A stretch of DNA of 64,000 nt, taken from contig CANQDW010000003.1 in assembly GCA_947593975.1 (NCBI GenBank), positions 1,312 to 65,311 of the forward strand, in the 5' to 3' direction. The stretch's first letter is position 1. Every line of letters starts with the position of its first letter. Positions 29,735-38,748 of this stretch are shown here, in pieces. Origin of the DNA: an uncultured Lachnospiraceae bacterium (GTDB lineage Bacteria; Bacillota; Clostridia; Lachnospirales; Lachnospiraceae). The position numbers were made by a program, and so were the translations under genes. The notes beneath the pieces are model-generated. The model made no database searches and had not been told where the DNA came from. It saw only the letters and a program-made list of their open reading frames with translations.

Positions 29735-30391
29735 ATGAAAGGATATTTTTCTTCATCGACAATTAAGATCATTGCGGTTTTTTCAATGCTTATTGACCAT
29801 ATGGCAATGTGCCTGCATTTTTTTTGGAGCAAACCTGAGTTATATATGTTTATGAGGCAGATTGGAAGGCTGGCGTTTCCAATATTTTGTTTCTGCATAG
29901 TCCAGGGATATTTTCATACATCAGATATTAAAAAATATATTTTCAGGCTTTTTTTATTTGCGCTTATTTCGGAAGCGCCGTTTGATCTTGCAAGAGGAGC
30001 CGATAAGAGCAGTTGTTTTGGACATCAGAATGTATTTTTTACGCTGTGCCTGGGGCTTATCGCCGTATATATGATCGACAGCATGAGGGAAAGCACGGTT
30101 TTTCAGATTTATGTTATAATAGCCGCATGTATAATTGCTTATGCGCTCAAAGCCGATTATAACTTATTTGGGATCATACAGATCCTTGTGTTTTATTATT
30201 TCAGGGACAGGAGAAATTGCAGGATTGCCGGGATCATAATCGTTAATGTACTGTTAGGACAATCCTCCGGGATAGCGGCTCTTTTGTTTACCGAACTTTA
30301 TAATGGTAAGAGGGGGCTTAAGCTTAAATATACACTATATGCTTTTTATCCGGTTCATTTTATGTTATTATATTTTATAAATATGCTTTAA
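29735..30391 (+). CDS. TraX-family membrane protein
   Basis: MLIDH, IGRLAFPIF, ISEAPFDL, QNVFFTL, YNGKRG, FYPVH. Confidence 0.9.
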   Translation: MKGYFSSSTIKIIAVFSMLIDHMAMCLHFFWSKPELYMFMRQIGRLAFPIFCFCIVQGYFHTSDIKKYIFRLFLFALISEAPFDLARGADKSSCFGHQNVFFTLCLGLIAVYMIDSMRESTVFQIYVIIAACIIAYALKADYNLFGIIQILVFYYFRDRRNCRIAGIIIVNVLLGQSSGIAALLFTELYNGKRGLKLKYTLYAFYPVHFMLLYFINML

Positions 30392-30402
30392 GGAGTATTC
30401 TT

Positions 30403-31227
30403 GTGGGAACACGAATCGATATTACCGAATACGAATATGTGTCTGACAAAGTGCCGGAAGAATTTGACGGATATAAGATATCAGTGCTGTCGGATCTGCA
30501 CTGCAATCGGATTGGCAGACATAACGATATACTTATAGATAATATTAATCGGATAAATCCGGATATTATCATATGCGCCGGCGATATGGTGTCTGATAAC
30601 GCCAGACGTATGAATGTTACGCTGAGGCTTATGCGAAGGCTTGCGGCAAAGTACCGGATATATTATGCATGCGGAAACCATGAACTGAGGCTTTTTATCA
30701 ATCCCGTAACGAACAGGATGTACCGCAGGTACTGCGTAAGGCTTAAAAAAATGGGGATTGCCTATATGAATAACCGGTCGGTATATATTAAGAAAGGCGA
30801 TAAGGCGATAAGGCTTGTCGGGCTTAACATAAGCAGGCAGTATTACAATAAGATATGGAATAAGATAGATATGCCGCCCGGATATGTCGATATGCTTATA
30901 GGAAGGTCGGAAAAAGACGCGCTTGAAATACTTATAGCGCACAATCCCGATTATTTTAAGAGATATGCGCAGTGGGGAGCCGATATTGTATTTTCGGGAC
31001 ATGTGCACGGCGGGATAGCTGTGCTTCCGTATATCGGCGGAGTTATCGCACCGTCGTTAAAGCTTTTTCCGAAGTATGATTTCGGGGAATTCAGATACGG
31101 CGAATCGGTTATGTATTTAAGCAGGGGCCTGGGCTCGCATACAATACCGTTAAGGATATTTAATAACCCTGAGATAATGAATATAACGTTAAGGAGGAAG
31201 CGGCATGGGAATACCGATAAAACTTGA
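30403..31227 (+). CDS. Metallophosphoesterase (YkuE-like)
   Basis: SDLH, GD, GNHE, AHNPD, SGHVHGG, SRGLG. Confidence 0.92.
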   Translation: MGTRIDITEYEYVSDKVPEEFDGYKISVLSDLHCNRIGRHNDILIDNINRINPDIIICAGDMVSDNARRMNVTLRLMRRLAAKYRIYYACGNHELRLFINPVTNRMYRRYCVRLKKMGIAYMNNRSVYIKKGDKAIRLVGLNISRQYYNKIWNKIDMPPGYVDMLIGRSEKDALEILIAHNPDYFKRYAQWGADIVFSGHVHGGIAVLPYIGGVIAPSLKLFPKYDFGEFRYGESVMYLSRGLGSHTIPLRIFNNPEIMNITLRRKRHGNTDKT

Positions 31228-31963
31228 GGCTTTTGAAGGACCCTTAGACCTTCTCCTTCATCTTATAGAAAAAAACCGCATTGATATATATGATATACCT
31301 ATTGTCATCATAACTGACCAGTATCTTGAATACATAGAAAAGATGCATACTGAAGACATGGATACTTTGAGCGAATTCCTTGTCATGGCGGCAACGCTTA
31401 TAAGGATCAAATCAAAGATGCTTCTGCCTCCGGATAAGACGGATGATGAAGAAGAAGCACAAGATCCGAGAACGGAACTTGTGGAAAGGCTTTTGGAATA
31501 TAAGATGTATAAGTATGCTTCATATGAGTTGAAAGACAGGCATATCGAAGCGGCAAAGATTTTATATAAAGCGCAGGATATACCCGCGGAAGTAGCGTCA
31601 TATAAGGAAGAAGTTAATGTAGAAGAGATCCTTGACGGGGTTACGATGAAGAAACTTCAGGATATATTCGAGATGATACTTAAGAAAAGGGAAGATAAGG
31701 TCGATCCGATACGGAGCAAGTTCGGAAAGATCGAAAAAGAAGAAGTAAGCCTGTCTGACAGGATTGCGGATATAAAAAGTTATGCAAAAGGAAGAAAAAA
31801 TATAAGTTTCAGGTCGCTTATAGAAAAGGGAAGAAGTATCAGATATATGATAGTTTCATTTCTGGCTGTGCTTGAGCTTATGAAAACGGGAGAGCTGTAT
31901 GCCGTTCAGGAAAATCCTTTTGACGATATTATCATATCCTATAGAGAACCGGAGGGTATTTGA
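31205..31963 (+). CDS. scpA: Segregation and condensation protein A
   Basis: FEGPLDLLLHLI...IDIYDIPI..ITDQYL. Confidence 0.97.
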   Translation: MGIPIKLEAFEGPLDLLLHLIEKNRIDIYDIPIVIITDQYLEYIEKMHTEDMDTLSEFLVMAATLIRIKSKMLLPPDKTDDEEEAQDPRTELVERLLEYKMYKYASYELKDRHIEAAKILYKAQDIPAEVASYKEEVNVEEILDGVTMKKLQDIFEMILKKREDKVDPIRSKFGKIEKEEVSLSDRIADIKSYAKGRKNISFRSLIEKGRSIRYMIVSFLAVLELMKTGELYAVQENPFDDIIISYREPEGI

Positions 31964-32553
31964 TGGAAAATTACAATGAAGATGAATTATGCGCAGCGTG
32001 CGAGGCGATATTATTTTCGATGGGGGACGCGGTAGAAGCGTCCCATATTGCGCAGGCGCTTGAAGTGGATAAGGATGCTATTAAAGATATAATGAATAAG
32101 ATGATGGATAAATATAAAGCATCCGACAGGGGTATCATGCTTATCGAACTCGACGGGGCGTATCAGCTGTGTACAAAAAAAGAGATGTATGATTATCTTG
32201 TAAAGATTGCGCATGTCCCGAAACCGAAGGAGCTTACGGATGTTATGCTTGAAACTTTATCGATAATAGCTTATAAGCAGCCTGTCACCAAACTTGAGAT
32301 TGAAAAGATAAGGGGCGTAAAATCCGACCATACGGTCAATAAGCTTATTGAATATAATCTTATATGCGAAGCCGGAAGAAAAGATGCGCCGGGAAGACCT
32401 ATACTTTTTGCGACGACTGAGGAGTTTTTAAGAAATTTCGGCATAGAATCCACGGAAGAACTTCCGGAACTTGACAGCGAAATGATAGAAGAATTTAAAA
32501 TGGAGGCGGAAGCTGAAGCAGACGGCGCAACGCAGCTTACGCTTGATATATAA
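31960..32553 (+). CDS. scpB: Segregation and condensation protein B
   Basis: ETLSIIAYKQPVT..EIEKIRGV, GRPILFATT. Confidence 0.97.
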   Translation: MMENYNEDELCAACEAILFSMGDAVEASHIAQALEVDKDAIKDIMNKMMDKYKASDRGIMLIELDGAYQLCTKKEMYDYLVKIAHVPKPKELTDVMLETLSIIAYKQPVTKLEIEKIRGVKSDHTVNKLIEYNLICEAGRKDAPGRPILFATTEEFLRNFGIESTEELPELDSEMIEEFKMEAEAEADGATQLTLDI

Positions 32554-32561
32554 TAAAGTGT

Positions 32562-32589
32562 TTGACATTTGGAGATAACCTGATATAAT
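32562..32589 (+). promoter_or_regulatory. Strong sigma-A promoter of the gltB-carB operon
   Basis: TTGACA-16 nt-TATAAT with extended TG. Confidence 0.85.
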
Positions 32590-32615
32590 AGTAGTGATAA
32601 TATTGTGGAATTAAC

Positions 32616-32684
32616 AGTGGAAATTAGCTGCAACGGGGCGGCAAGTTTCCACTTTAGTATGCCCAAAATTACCGTAAGGAGGCG
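32616..32684 (+). promoter_or_regulatory. Putative ANTAR-recognised dual hairpin leader RNA
   Basis: Hairpin 1 GCTGC-AACGGG-GCGGC within a 16-bp stem; hairpin 2 CGT-AAGGAG-GCG; both are hexaloops with A1 and G4. Confidence 0.6.
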
Positions 32685-32690
32685 TTTTAT

Positions 32691-35600
32691 ATGCAACAGA
32701 TTGAAGAAACAAAGCGGATGAGGAAAGGACTGTACGACCCGTCATTTGAACATGATAACTGCGGAATAGGCGCGATTGTCAATATTAAGGGCAAGAAGAC
32801 CCATGACACAGTTAAAAGGGCGCTCGATATAGTCTGTAATCTGGAACACCGCGCAGGAAAGGACGGAGAAGGAAAGACCGGGGACGGAGTTGGTATCATG
32901 CTCCAGATCGGCCACGAATTCTTCAAAAAAGAAGTTAAAAAGCTTGGTATAGAACTTGAAGGCGAAAGAGATTACGGAATAGGAATGTTTTTCTTCCCTC
33001 AGGATGAGCTTATCAGGCGTCAGGCGATGAAGATGTTTGAAACGATCGTCGAAAAAGAAGAAATGGAATTCTTAGGCTGGAGGGAAGTCCCGATATGTCC
33101 CCAGACACTGGGCAAAAAAGCTCTTTCCTGTATGCCGTACATAATGCAGGGATTTGTAAAACGCCCCAAAAAGGTAAACAAGGGACTTGATTTTGACCGC
33201 AAACTGTATATTGCGAGAAGGGTATTTGAACAGAGTAACGAAGATACATACGTTGTGTCTTTATCAAGCAGGACGATCGTATATAAAGGAATGTTTCTGG
33301 TATCGCAGCTTCGTTCCTTCTTTACCGATCTGCAGAATACGTCATATAAATCGGCAATAGCAATCGTGCATTCAAGGTTCAGCACCAATACCAATCCGAG
33401 CTGGCTGCGCGCGCACCCTAACAGATTTATTGTACATAACGGAGAGATAAATACGATCAGGGGCAACGTGGATAAGATGATAGCCCGTGAAGAAAATATG
33501 GAGTCGGAATACTTAAAAGGACAGCTCCATAAAGTACTTCCGGTAGTTAACGCAGAGGGCTCCGATTCGGCAATGCTCGATAATACGCTCGAGTTTCTCG
33601 TAATGAACGGAATGGATCTTCCGCTTGCGGTGATGATAACCATTCCTGAGCCATGGATGAATAATAAAGGCATACATCCGGCTAAGAAAGATTTTTATCA
33701 GTATTATGCGACGATGATGGAACCGTGGGACGGACCGGCGTCCATACTTTTCAGCGACGGCGACCTCATGGGAGCGGTGCTTGACAGAAACGGCCTCAGA
33801 CCGTCGAGATATTATATCACGTCAGATGACGAGCTTATCCTTTCTTCCGAAGTCGGAGTACTTGATATACCTGAAGAAAAGATAATTAAGAAAGACAGGT
33901 TAAGACCCGGGAAAATGCTTCTTGTGGATACGGTAGCGGGCTGCATAAGGGATGACGACGAGCTTAAGATGAAATATGCCACAAGGCAGCCGTACGGAGA
34001 ATGGCTGGACGGCAATCTTGTCATGCTTAAAGACCTCCATATACCTAACCACAGGGTTGAAACCTATACTGACGAACAGAGGACACAGCTTCAGAAAGCT
34101 TTCGGATATTCATATGAAGAGATTAAAAACACAATACTTCCTATGGCGCAGAAAGGCTCCGAACCTATAGGCTCGATGGGAATCGACAGGCCGCTCAACG
34201 TGCTTGATAAGCAGCCTAATAACCTGTTTGGCTATTTTAAACAGCTCTTTGCGCAGGTTACGAACCCGCCGATCGATGCGATAAGGGAGAAGCTTATCAC
34301 GGCAACTTCGGTATATATAGGAACGGACGGAAACCTTCTTGAGGAAAAAGAAAGCAACTGCAACGTCCTTCGCGTAAATAATCCTATACTTACGAATACG
34401 GACCTCCTTAAGATCAAATATATGAATAAGGAAGGCTTTAAAGTAGCTGTAATACCGATCATCTATTATAAGAACACATCTCTTGAAAAAGCTATTGACA
34501 GACTTTATCTTGAGGCGGACAGGGCTTATAAAGACGGCGTTAATATCATAATACTTTCCGACAGGGGAGTTGACGAAAACCATGTGGCGATACCGTCGCT
34601 CCTTGCAGTTGCGGCAATGCAGCAGCATCTTGTAAAAACAAAGAAGCGTACTTCTGTAGCGATGATCCTTGAAAGCGCAGAGCCAAGGTCGGTCCATCAT
34701 TTCGCAACTATACTCGGATACGGAGCATGCGCCGTCAATCCTTATCTTGCGCAGGAGTCTATAAAAGAGCTTATTGACAAGAATCTTTTAGACAAAGACT
34801 ATTATGCGGCAGTTGACGATTATAACCTTGCGGTACTTGACGGTATCGTTAAGATAGCTTCCAAAATGGGAATATCAACGATACAGTCTTATCAGGGTTC
34901 TAAGATATTTGAAGCGATCGGCTTAAGCCAGAGCCTTATAGACAAATTCTTTACCCACACGGTAAGCAGGGTAGGCGGAATAGATATCATAGATATACAG
35001 AATCAGGTTGAAATGCTCCATACGAAAGCGTTTGACCCGCTCGGACTTAAGACGGACAATACGCTTGACAGCCTTGGAATACACAAAGTAAGAAGCGGAA
35101 AAGAAGATCATCTGTACAATCCGCAGACTATACATATGCTCCAGATGGCAACAAGACGCGGCGATTATGAGATGTTTAAGGAATATTCGAAGCTGATAAC
35201 TTCCGAAGACAGGCATGTGCATTTAAGGAGTATGCTTGGTTTTAGATGGGCGGATAAACCGATACCGCTTGATGAGGTTGAGAGCGTTGATGAGATCGTA
35301 AAAAGATTCAAGACCGGGGCAATGTCTTACGGTTCGATTTCGGAAGAAGCGCATGAATGTATGGCGATCGCTATGAACAGGCTTCACGGCAAATCAAACA
35401 GCGGTGAAGGCGGAGAAAGCCTCGAAAGACTTGAAACCGCAGGCACGGAAAACGACCGCTGCTCGGCGATCAAGCAGGTTGCTTCGGGAAGGTTCGGCGT
35501 CACATCAAAATATCTCGTGAGCGCAAAAGAGATACAGATAAAAAGGGCGCAGGGGGCAAAGCCGGGCGAGGGCGGACATCTTCCGGGAGGAAAAGTATAT

Positions 35601-37265
35601 CCGTGGATTGCAAAAACAAGACATTCAACTCCGGGCGTAAGCCTTATATCACCGCCTCCTCACCACGATATATATTCGATAGAGGATCTGGCGCAGCTTA
35701 TATATGATCTTAAGAACGCCAACCGCGATGCAAGGATATCGGTAAAACTTGTATCTGAGGCAGGCGTCGGAACGGTTGCGGCAGGCGTTGCAAAGGCAGG
35801 CGCAAGGGTAATCCTTATATCGGGACACGACGGAGGTACCGGAGCTGCGCCGAGAAGTTCGATATGCAACGCAGGTCTTCCGTGGGAACTTGGACTTGCG
35901 GAAACCCAGCAGACGCTTATAATGAACGGACTCCGTTCAAGGGTCGTTATCGAGACGGACGGAAAGCTTATGACAGGGCGCGACGTCCTTGTGGCAGCGC
36001 TTCTTGGAGCCGAAGAATACGGATTTGCCACAGCTCCGCTTGTAACTATGGGATGCGTAATGATGAGGGTATGTAACCTTGATACCTGTCCTGTAGGAGT
36101 TGCAACCCAGAATCCGGAACTTAGGAAGAGATTTACCGGAAAACCGGAATATGTTGAGAATTTCATGAGGTTTATTGCGATGGAACTTCGTGAATATATG
36201 GCAAAACTAGGAATAAAGACCGTTAATGAGCTTGTCGGACGCACAGACCTTCTTAAGATGAAAGATGACACAACACTTAATTCCATAAACGGAAAACACG
36301 GCGAAATAGACTTTTCCGGAATTTTGTGCGAAGAATATGCAAAAGAAACAGATAAAAAATCATCGCCTGACAATATATACGATTTTGAACTTGAGAAGAC
36401 CAAGGATATGAAAATCCTCATGAGCAGGTTTAAAAAAGCGTTTGAAAAAGGCGAGAAAGCGGAAACGGATGTGGAAGTAACCAATATAGACAGGACATTC
36501 GGAACTATATTCGGTTCGGAGATCACCAAGAAATACGGAGATACGCTTGAGGACGACACATATGTTGTCAATGCAAAAGGAGCCGGCGGACAGAGCTTCG
36601 GCGCATTTATACCGAAAGGAATGACAATAAAGCTCTGCGGCGACAGCAACGACTATTTCGGAAAAGGTCTTTCGGGCGGAAAACTTATTGTATACAAATC
36701 GCCTAAGAGCACGTTTAAGGCAGAAGAAAACATTATTATCGGAAATGTTGCGCTGTACGGAGCTACAAGCGGAAAGGCATTTATAAACGGTATAGCCGGC
36801 GAAAGATTCTGCGTGCGGAACTCAGGAGCTTACGCGGTCGTAGAGGGAATAGGAGACCACGGATGCGAGTATATGACCGGAGGACGCGTTGTAATACTCG
36901 GACGCACCGGAAAGAACTTTGCGGCAGGTATGAGCGGCGGTATCGCATATGTGCTTGATGAAGACAGAAATCTGTATCTTAAACTTAATAAAGAACTTGT
37001 TTCTATGGAGCCTGTAACGGATAAGTATGACGTCCTTGAGCTTAAGAACATGATCGAAGAGCATGTTTTGGCGACAGGTTCCGAAAGAGGAAAAGATATA
37101 CTTGATAACTTCTCGTCATATCTTCCTGAATTTAAAAAGATCATACCTCATGATTACCATGCAATGCTTCAGACTATCGCGCTCATGGAAGAAAGAGGAC
37201 TCAGTAACGAACAGTCGCAGATAGAAGCATTTTATGAGAATAAAAGAAGGAAAGAGAGGAATTAA
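32691..37265 (+). CDS. gltB: Glutamate synthase large subunit
   Basis: HDNCGIG N-terminal nucleophile, HSRFSTNT, HNGEINT, AQGAKPGEGG, ISPPPHHDIYSIEDL, 3Fe-4S CVMMRVCNLDTC. Confidence 0.98.
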   Translation: MQQIEETKRMRKGLYDPSFEHDNCGIGAIVNIKGKKTHDTVKRALDIVCNLEHRAGKDGEGKTGDGVGIMLQIGHEFFKKEVKKLGIELEGERDYGIGMFFFPQDELIRRQAMKMFETIVEKEEMEFLGWREVPICPQTLGKKALSCMPYIMQGFVKRPKKVNKGLDFDRKLYIARRVFEQSNEDTYVVSLSSRTIVYKGMFLVSQLRSFFTDLQNTSYKSAIAIVHSRFSTNTNPSWLRAHPNRFIVHNGEINTIRGNVDKMIAREENMESEYLKGQLHKVLPVVNAEGSDSAMLDNTLEFLVMNGMDLPLAVMITIPEPWMNNKGIHPAKKDFYQYYATMMEPWDGPASILFSDGDLMGAVLDRNGLRPSRYYITSDDELILSSEVGVLDIPEEKIIKKDRLRPGKMLLVDTVAGCIRDDDELKMKYATRQPYGEWLDGNLVMLKDLHIPNHRVETYTDEQRTQLQKAFGYSYEEIKNTILPMAQKGSEPIGSMGIDRPLNVLDKQPNNLFGYFKQLFAQVTNPPIDAIREKLITATSVYIGTDGNLLEEKESNCNVLRVNNPILTNTDLLKIKYMNKEGFKVAVIPIIYYKNTSLEKAIDRLYLEADRAYKDGVNIIILSDRGVDENHVAIPSLLAVAAMQQHLVKTKKRTSVAMILESAEPRSVHHFATILGYGACAVNPYLAQESIKELIDKNLLDKDYYAAVDDYNLAVLDGIVKIASKMGISTIQSYQGSKIFEAIGLSQSLIDKFFTHTVSRVGGIDIIDIQNQVEMLHTKAFDPLGLKTDNTLDSLGIHKVRSGKEDHLYNPQTIHMLQMATRRGDYEMFKEYSKLITSEDRHVHLRSMLGFRWADKPIPLDEVESVDEIVKRFKTGAMSYGSISEEAHECMAIAMNRLHGKSNSGEGGESLERLETAGTENDRCSAIKQVASGRFGVTSKYLVSAKEIQIKRAQGAKPGEGGHLPGGKVYPWIAKTRHSTPGVSLISPPPHHDIYSIEDLAQLIYDLKNANRDARISVKLVSEAGVGTVAAGVAKAGARVILISGHDGGTGAAPRSSICNAGLPWELGLAETQQTLIMNGLRSRVVIETDGKLMTGRDVLVAALLGAEEYGFATAPLVTMGCVMMRVCNLDTCPVGVATQNPELRKRFTGKPEYVENFMRFIAMELREYMAKLGIKTVNELVGRTDLLKMKDDTTLNSINGKHGEIDFSGILCEEYAKETDKKSSPDNIYDFELEKTKDMKILMSRFKKAFEKGEKAETDVEVTNIDRTFGTIFGSEITKKYGDTLEDDTYVVNAKGAGGQSFGAFIPKGMTIKLCGDSNDYFGKGLSGGKLIVYKSPKSTFKAEENIIIGNVALYGATSGKAFINGIAGERFCVRNSGAYAVVEGIGDHGCEYMTGGRVVILGRTGKNFAAGMSGGIAYVLDEDRNLYLKLNKELVSMEPVTDKYDVLELKNMIEEHVLATGSERGKDILDNFSSYLPEFKKIIPHDYHAMLQTIALMEERGLSNEQSQIEAFYENKRRKERN

Positions 37266-37267
37266 TT

Positions 37268-38719
37268 ATGGGTAAGCCTACAGGTTTTATGGAATATAAC
37301 AGAGTAAATAATGTTGCTACAGCTCCTTTAAAACGAATCAAGGATTTTGATGAATTCCATATTCCTCTTTCAGATGAGGAAAGACGTCTTCAGGGTGCAA
37401 GATGTATGGACTGCGGCGTTCCGTTCTGCCAGTCGGGAATGATGATAGGCGGTATGGTTTCAGGATGCCCGCTTAATAATCTGATTCCCGAATGGAATGA
37501 CCTTCTGTACAAGGGTAATATGGAACAGGCGCTGACACGTCTGTTAAAGACTAATAATTTCCCGGAGTTTACTTCCAGGGTATGTCCCGCGCCGTGCGAA
37601 GCGGCATGTACATGCGGGCTTAACGATTCGCCTGTTACGATAAAGGAAAATGAAAACGGGATCATTGAATATGCTTATGAAAACGATCTTATAAAAGCGG
37701 AACCTCCTAAAGTAAGGACGGGAAAAACCGTTGCGATAGTAGGTTCCGGAGCTTCAGGGATTGCCTGCGCCGACCAGCTTAACAAGAGAGGGCACAGCGT
37801 AACGGTCTATGAGCGTGAAGACAGGCCGGGCGGACTGCTTATGTACGGAATCCCGAATATGAAACTTGAAAAAGAAGTCATTGAAAGACGTATCGGGATA
37901 ATGAAGGAAGAAGGAGTTGAATTCAAGGTCGGCGTAGATGTCGGAGTGGATATCAAAGCTTCCAAATTAGAGAAGGATTACGACTGCGTTGTTTTGTGCT
38001 GCGGAGCATCCAATCCTAGGAATATAAAAGCGCCGGGAAGAGATTCAAAAGGGATATATTTTGCAGTGGATTATCTTAAGAGGGTAACAAAAAATCTTCT
38101 TGACCCTTCGTTTAAAGACTATTACAATGCAAAAGGGAAGCATGTAGTTGTAATAGGCGGAGGCGATACCGGAAACGACTGCGTGGGAACTGTCATAAGA
38201 CAAGGATGTGCATCGGTAACGCAGCTTGAGATGATGCCAAAGGCGCCCGACTGCCGTACGGAGAACAACCCGTGGCCCGAATGGCCGAAGGTGTGCAAAA
38301 CCGATTACGGTCAGGAAGAGGCAATAGCCGTATTCGGACACGATCCGAGAATATATGAAACTACGGTAAAAGAATTTGTCGCCGATGAAAAAGGCAATCT
38401 GAAAGCTGTAAATACGGTTATGCTTGACCGCTCGTTTAAAGAAGTCCCCGGCAGCGAAAAACAGCTCCCGGCAGATATCGTCCTTATAGCGGCAGGTTTC
38501 CTTGGCGCGCAGGAATATGTCTATAAAGATTTTAAGGTTGAAGTTACCGAAAGGACGAATATAAAGACTGATGCCGGAAGTTTTAAGACTAATGTCGAAA
38601 ATGTATTTGCGGCAGGAGATATGCACAGGGGACAGTCTTTGATCGTATGGGCCATAAGAGAAGGACGCGACGCCGCAAGACAGGTAGACAGTTATCTTAT
38701 GGGATATACAAACCTGTAA
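37268..38719 (+). CDS. gltD: Glutamate synthase small subunit
   Basis: RCMDCGVPFC, GGGDTGNDC, AGDMHRGQSLIVWAI. Confidence 0.97.
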   Translation: MGKPTGFMEYNRVNNVATAPLKRIKDFDEFHIPLSDEERRLQGARCMDCGVPFCQSGMMIGGMVSGCPLNNLIPEWNDLLYKGNMEQALTRLLKTNNFPEFTSRVCPAPCEAACTCGLNDSPVTIKENENGIIEYAYENDLIKAEPPKVRTGKTVAIVGSGASGIACADQLNKRGHSVTVYEREDRPGGLLMYGIPNMKLEKEVIERRIGIMKEEGVEFKVGVDVGVDIKASKLEKDYDCVVLCCGASNPRNIKAPGRDSKGIYFAVDYLKRVTKNLLDPSFKDYYNAKGKHVVVIGGGDTGNDCVGTVIRQGCASVTQLEMMPKAPDCRTENNPWPEWPKVCKTDYGQEEAIAVFGHDPRIYETTVKEFVADEKGNLKAVNTVMLDRSFKEVPGSEKQLPADIVLIAAGFLGAQEYVYKDFKVEVTERTNIKTDAGSFKTNVENVFAAGDMHRGQSLIVWAIREGRDAARQVDSYLMGYTNL

Positions 38720-38748
38720 ACAGCACTGTATTTTGAAAGGAGTTTTAT

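Noticed and set aside
29735-30391. TraX as evidence of a conjugative element
   Set aside because: TraX-family genes are common on chromosomes; no relaxase, T4SS or integrase nearby.
35660-36649. 329-aa minus-strand ORF and other antisense ORFs within gltB and carB
   Set aside because: Shadows of highly conserved sense genes.
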